Shown piece by piece: positions 59,983 to 64,000 of a stretch of 64,000 nucleotides of DNA. The DNA is taken from contig NOWV01000015.1 in the NCBI GenBank assembly GCA_003344405.1, forward strand, positions 744,001 through 808,000, in the 5' to 3' direction. Under the pieces are notes generated by a model. The model saw only the letters and a list, made by a program, of their open reading frames with translations. It did no database searches and had not been told where the DNA came from. This DNA comes from Trichoplax sp. H2. Taxonomy: Eukaryota. A program made the position numbers and the translations under genes. Position 1 is the stretch's first letter, and every line of letters begins with the position of its first letter.

Positions 59983-61010
59983 CAACTATTGATGCTAACT
60001 GGCGGTAGATTTTTAAGGTATTTATGTTTCATGTGCCTACTTCTAAGGAGGCTACTTTGTCGCAGATAAATACAGTATTTTGTTGTCTAAGTACGTACAA
60101 CAATTGTAATTATCGTGTTATTTTTATTGTATGCAAGTTAGCAATTCTCGGATATTGAGAATGCTATCTCAATGAAGGTTTCAGTGAGCATTTCAATTTG
60201 ATATATTCTACTCGAGTATACTGCATTCCAAATCGGCGTTTTGTAGACCAACGTTATTATAAAGTGTATTAGAATTGTATATACCCTGATCTACCGCATC
60301 AAACTAGATTGAGCTAATTTAGCCAATTGGCATCGTGTACGTTTTTGACGCACTGCGGTATAAGTAAGAGCGAGCCAGGTCTGATATTTTATCAGGAAAA
60401 GTTTGCACACCATTTACTGTACTGTACTTACCATATACTGTAATACAAATACTATAGTTGATAGCAAATTTTGGAAGTTTGTGTTACCAAGCTACGGCTT
60501 TGATAGAGCTATAAGAATTTTACTGAAATGTATCGATCAAGCTAGTGGTTTATTGTTTGCCAATCGTACATAGATAGTAGCAAACAGTTTCATGATTTAA
60601 TTACATGAACATGTACAACATAGAAAATTTGAATTGATACGACAAATATCGTTCACAGAATAGCATTGTAGTAGTGGTAATAAAAAAGTACAAGTACTGT
60701 ACTGTATAACCATAATTAATTGACCTCATCAGCCAGCATAAAGTGCATAATATATACTATATAATTATAATTGTTAGAGCGTTATCAGATTTGCACAAGA
60801 AATAAATGCATGATGTTGTTGTATTATTGTGGCTCTAAAATGAAGCATAGCACTTTATAGAATACAATTTAGAATGTATTCTTTCAGTTTTTATTCTCTA
60901 TATAAGACATTAGTGATGAGTTTATGCAGTTGTATGGGCAGCAGGCCTACACGTCGATAAATTAATTAATTCATCCACGGATAGGAGGAATAGCATATCG
61001 TAGGAAATCT

Positions 61011-61634
61011 TTACTCGACATTGAAGGACATTTGCAGTACATCATTAATTCCACAAGTAATATTTTGATTGGCTATAACTGGTCCAATTCCATCTGGAGT
61101 ACCTGTTAAAATGACATCTCCTGGTTCTAAAGTCATAAATTGACTGATATAACTGATTAATTTGGGAATATTATGGACCATATCGGATGTATTGCCGTCT
61201 TGCTTCATAATCCCATCTACTTTGAGCCACAGTCGAGCACTATGAGGATCGCCTAATGCACTTTTAGTAATTAGTTTACTGACTGGGCATGCCGTATCAA
61301 ATCCTTTACTTATATTCCACGGAAGACCTACTTCAGTTAAATCGCGAGCTGTCATGTCTAAAGCTAGTATATAGCCATACACATAGTCGAGATAATGGTT
61401 ATAAGGGATATTGTTGCCCCGTTTACCAATGACTATACCTAACTCAACTTCATGAAATAAACGATTGCATCCTGGTGGGATTCGTATAGCCTCTCCTTCT
61501 TGAATATACGAGCTTGTCGGTTTAAGAAAGATCATTGGTTCCTCTGGTACAGGATTATTTAATTCAGCAGCATGTTTCCTGTAATTTCTAGCCACAGCAA
61601 CAATCTTTCTACCTAGTTTAATGAAATTTTCCAT
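61011..61634 (-). CDS. FAHD1: Acylpyruvase/oxaloacetate decarboxylase FAHD1, canonical copy
   Basis: Intronless. MENFIKLGRKIVAVARNYRKHAAEL...FLKPTSS, HEVEL, DMTARD, WNISKGFDTACP, GDVILTGTPDGIG. An upstream in-frame ATG in the ORF track could extend the N-terminus. Confidence 0.95.
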   Translation of the reverse strand: MENFIKLGRKIVAVARNYRKHAAELNNPVPEEPMIFLKPTSSYIQEGEAIRIPPGCNRLFHEVELGIVIGKRGNNIPYNHYLDYVYGYILALDMTARDLTEVGLPWNISKGFDTACPVSKLITKSALGDPHSARLWLKVDGIMKQDGNTSDMVHNIPKLISYISQFMTLEPGDVILTGTPDGIGPVIANQNITCGINDVLQMSFNVE

Positions 61635-61729
61635 GTTGTTGGAAGTCCCCGTTCTTCTCTTTACGTTGTAGTCTATTCGGTGCTTCAATCGTATGGACAT
61701 TGAGCACACAACACTGAGCAGAATCCGTC

Positions 61730-62115
61730 GGACTGTACAGTGCACAGTACATCTGGTACATTACACTGTACACTGTACACTGTACGGTACAAAGGTATCA
61801 ATCCACCCACTCACTACCGTACTGTACTGTACTCTACGGTACAGTATAATGAGTGTACTGGTACAGTACTGTACACTGTACAGTACAGTACTGTATACTG
61901 TACATCGGCAGATGACGAGACGAGCTCGATGGGCTGGTCAGCCGCGGAGGTTGACCCGGTTTTAACCTTATGCACCTACAGGAATCATAACAGATGTCTG
62001 CCTGCTGCCTGTTACTACAGTAATGGACGTACAGTACTGTACTGCTCGCTACGACAGACGTAGTACTGCAGTCTACAGTAGGCTGAAATCCTGTACTTTA
62101 TACTACACTGTACCG
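61730..62115. promoter_or_regulatory. Divergent-promoter region FAHD1/SUCLG1 with GTACTGTAC cluster
   Basis: Between head-to-head genes; dense actgtac repeats at 61730-61903. Confidence 0.6.
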
Positions 62116-62174
62116 CAACTTTACCGTGTCATCTCATCTTATTTTCGACCATAGCAAAAATAATGTCGCCTATG

Positions 62175-62454
62175 GCTTGCCAAGAGTACTGCCTACAGTA
62201 GGGCGGTAGAGCTGCCACAGGTGACATCGTCCTTTTTGATGTCTCAGCCTATACTGTAGACTGGACAGTGTAGAGGTCTGTACGGACGTACAGACTTTCC
62301 TCCACCGACGTGAGTCCTGTCCGGCCCGGCACATTGCGCGTGTGTGGGCAAAGGCACAAGAAGCAAGAGGATACGGTGGCAGCAGCAACATGGCTACTCT
62401 TCGACTATTGAATAGAGCTGGTAAGCAGTGTTGTGCAAGTAATCTTGCACAGTA
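62175..62454 (+). promoter_or_regulatory. Multi-branched structured RNA element covering the likely SUCLG1 5' UTR, start codon and first splice donor
   Basis: About ten mutually compatible helices with roughly a dozen G-U pairs on the + strand (details in findings). Confidence 0.65.
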
Positions 62455-64000
62455 TGATATTGAAACATGTTCAGAAAATGAAAAAGCGTAATGTTATAAA
62501 GAATTGCCTTGATGATACTTTTATCGATACCTCCTACCTTGTTCAATTTATATTGTAGACGGGTAGAACGGAACATACCGTGATGCTGTAGCTAGTATTC
62601 CGTATGAGTTACATTGAATTTTTTACTTGACGCTGGTAGAGTAGGAAATTTGATCTTGCTTAACACGTATGGCATCGCGTTTTATCGTTGTTACTGCAAT
62701 TGGATGATAAAGAGAATTGTAGAACTCTTTAATATCATTACTCTGACTGCTAGTTCTCTATTTCATATCAAATCTTGAGTCTTCATCTGCCTGCTTACTA
62801 CTGTACAGTACTGTGGAAGAGATGTACACTTGTACAGACGGCGTCATGAGTAGACGCAACAATATTCATCAGTAATGTACAACACTGTCGAGTTAATAGT
62901 AGATTGGGTTATTGAGCGTAAATTACGCCAGAAGATTAACTCTGTTACGAATATAGTCATACTTCATTTTATTGTAATCATTGCTCACTGTGTATTTTGA
63001 GATCGTAAACCATGACTGCCAACTTCAACATACATAACTGTATAGTAAAGTACTAGCTACTTATGATTGATGTAATTGATATGTAATTATTGTAATTAAT
63101 ACAGTTAATTGCAGTTACAGATGACTGTATCTTAGACAGCAAGCTACATGTACTGTACAGATATTTCAACTTACTTTAGTAATGGCTACATCCAACCTCA
63201 GGAATCTCGGAGTATAGCAAGTACTGTACTGTAGTTGCTTATTATATATATTATTATACAGAAACCATATTCATATTAAAGAATGCATACGATTGCAGGA
63301 TTGCGAGCATAATATGTATCTAAAACTTAATCATGTAATTTCTTCGCGTTTAGTGCTCCGACGCGTAAGCCAGAACATCAGAAGCCTCAGCACAGAAGCA
63401 ACAAGAGGCAATATTATGATTGGAAAGGAGACCCGAGTAATTTGTCAAGGTTTCACTGGTCGACAGGTTAGCGATGTAGTCGCATTCTGCTCAGAATGTA
63501 ATTTGAGTAGGCACTACAACTTCAAGAGAGATCTGGATTAAAAGCCATGCACAATCAAGAAATTACAGTTTTTATGTTCGCGCAATTCACTACCAATTAG
63601 TCTCAATTAATTTAAAATACAATTTGCTCAGTCACTTCTACTTCAAGAGAGATAGAGATTAAAAACTTTCCACAATCAAGGAATTACAATTCACTCCTTC
63701 TGTTCCATTTACTACTGATAATAGGGTACTTTTCATAGTGAACAAGCAATCGCTTATGGCACCAATATGGTTGGTGGAGTTTCTCCTGGTAAAGGTGGTA
63801 AAACCCACTTAGGATTACCTGTTTTTAACTCTGTCCAAGAGGTACGCTATTGACTCCATATATACGTACTTATGATAGTTGTCTATTGCTTATGATAAAC
63901 GTCAAGATTTCATTCTCTATGATGCTATCTTTGTTCTAAAAGTTATCTAATCATTATAATGAATTATTTATACTCTGTAAAAATTGGATTAGGCGGTGGA
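62390..64000 (+). CDS. SUCLG1: Succinate-CoA ligase subunit alpha, mitochondrial (5' part, runs off the window)
   Basis: Exon 62390-62420 ([10 protein letters not shown]+G, donor gtaagc) joins in phase to 63354-63466 ([13 protein letters not shown]...[12 protein letters not shown]), giving a typical mitochondrial presequence. Then 63725-63841 ([39 protein letters not shown]) and an exon starting at 63993. Confidence 0.95.

Noticed and set aside
62218-62250. Minus-strand GCTGAGA...ACCTG resembling a TPP riboswitch core
   Set aside because: The rest of the aptamer is missing and the G-U bias supports the plus strand.
62170-62454. RNase P/MRP, SRP, 7SK or telomerase RNA identity for the structured element
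   Set aside because: Their conserved motifs or template were not found, and the element overlaps the SUCLG1 first coding exon.
63293-63353. ORF-track start for SUCLG1 (or the ATG at 63314)
   Set aside because: Better explained as intron; the exon at 62390-62420 splices in phase to the acceptor at 63353.

Overview
AT-rich eukaryotic (animal) genomic DNA with many short GT-AG introns, intronless class-A GPCRs and GTACTGTAC-rich clusters. By overall style it is most like a placozoan (Trichoplax-like) genome; this is inference, not proven. Genes reconstructed by hand from splice signals: a ~20-exon NT5C2 (-), two intronless rhodopsin-type GPCRs (+ and -), GOLGA7 (-), two inverted FAHD1 paralogs (one canonical, one with altered lid/active-site residues), a TEX36/HDNR-family gene (-) with an RFX X-box upstream, a kinase-less 3-Ig FGFRL1-like receptor (+) and the 5' part of SUCLG1 (+). 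Also present: a 260-bp solo LTR with a 5-bp target-site duplication nested in an older LTR-like repeat, and a probably artefactual duplication around an N gap. The most unusual signal is a set of GC-rich, multi-helix, G-U-wobble-biased (plus-strand) folds inside the GTACTGTAC clusters. The best one covers the likely SUCLG1 5' leader, encloses the start codon and pairs directly with the first 5' splice site, suggesting an undescribed structured RNA regulator.
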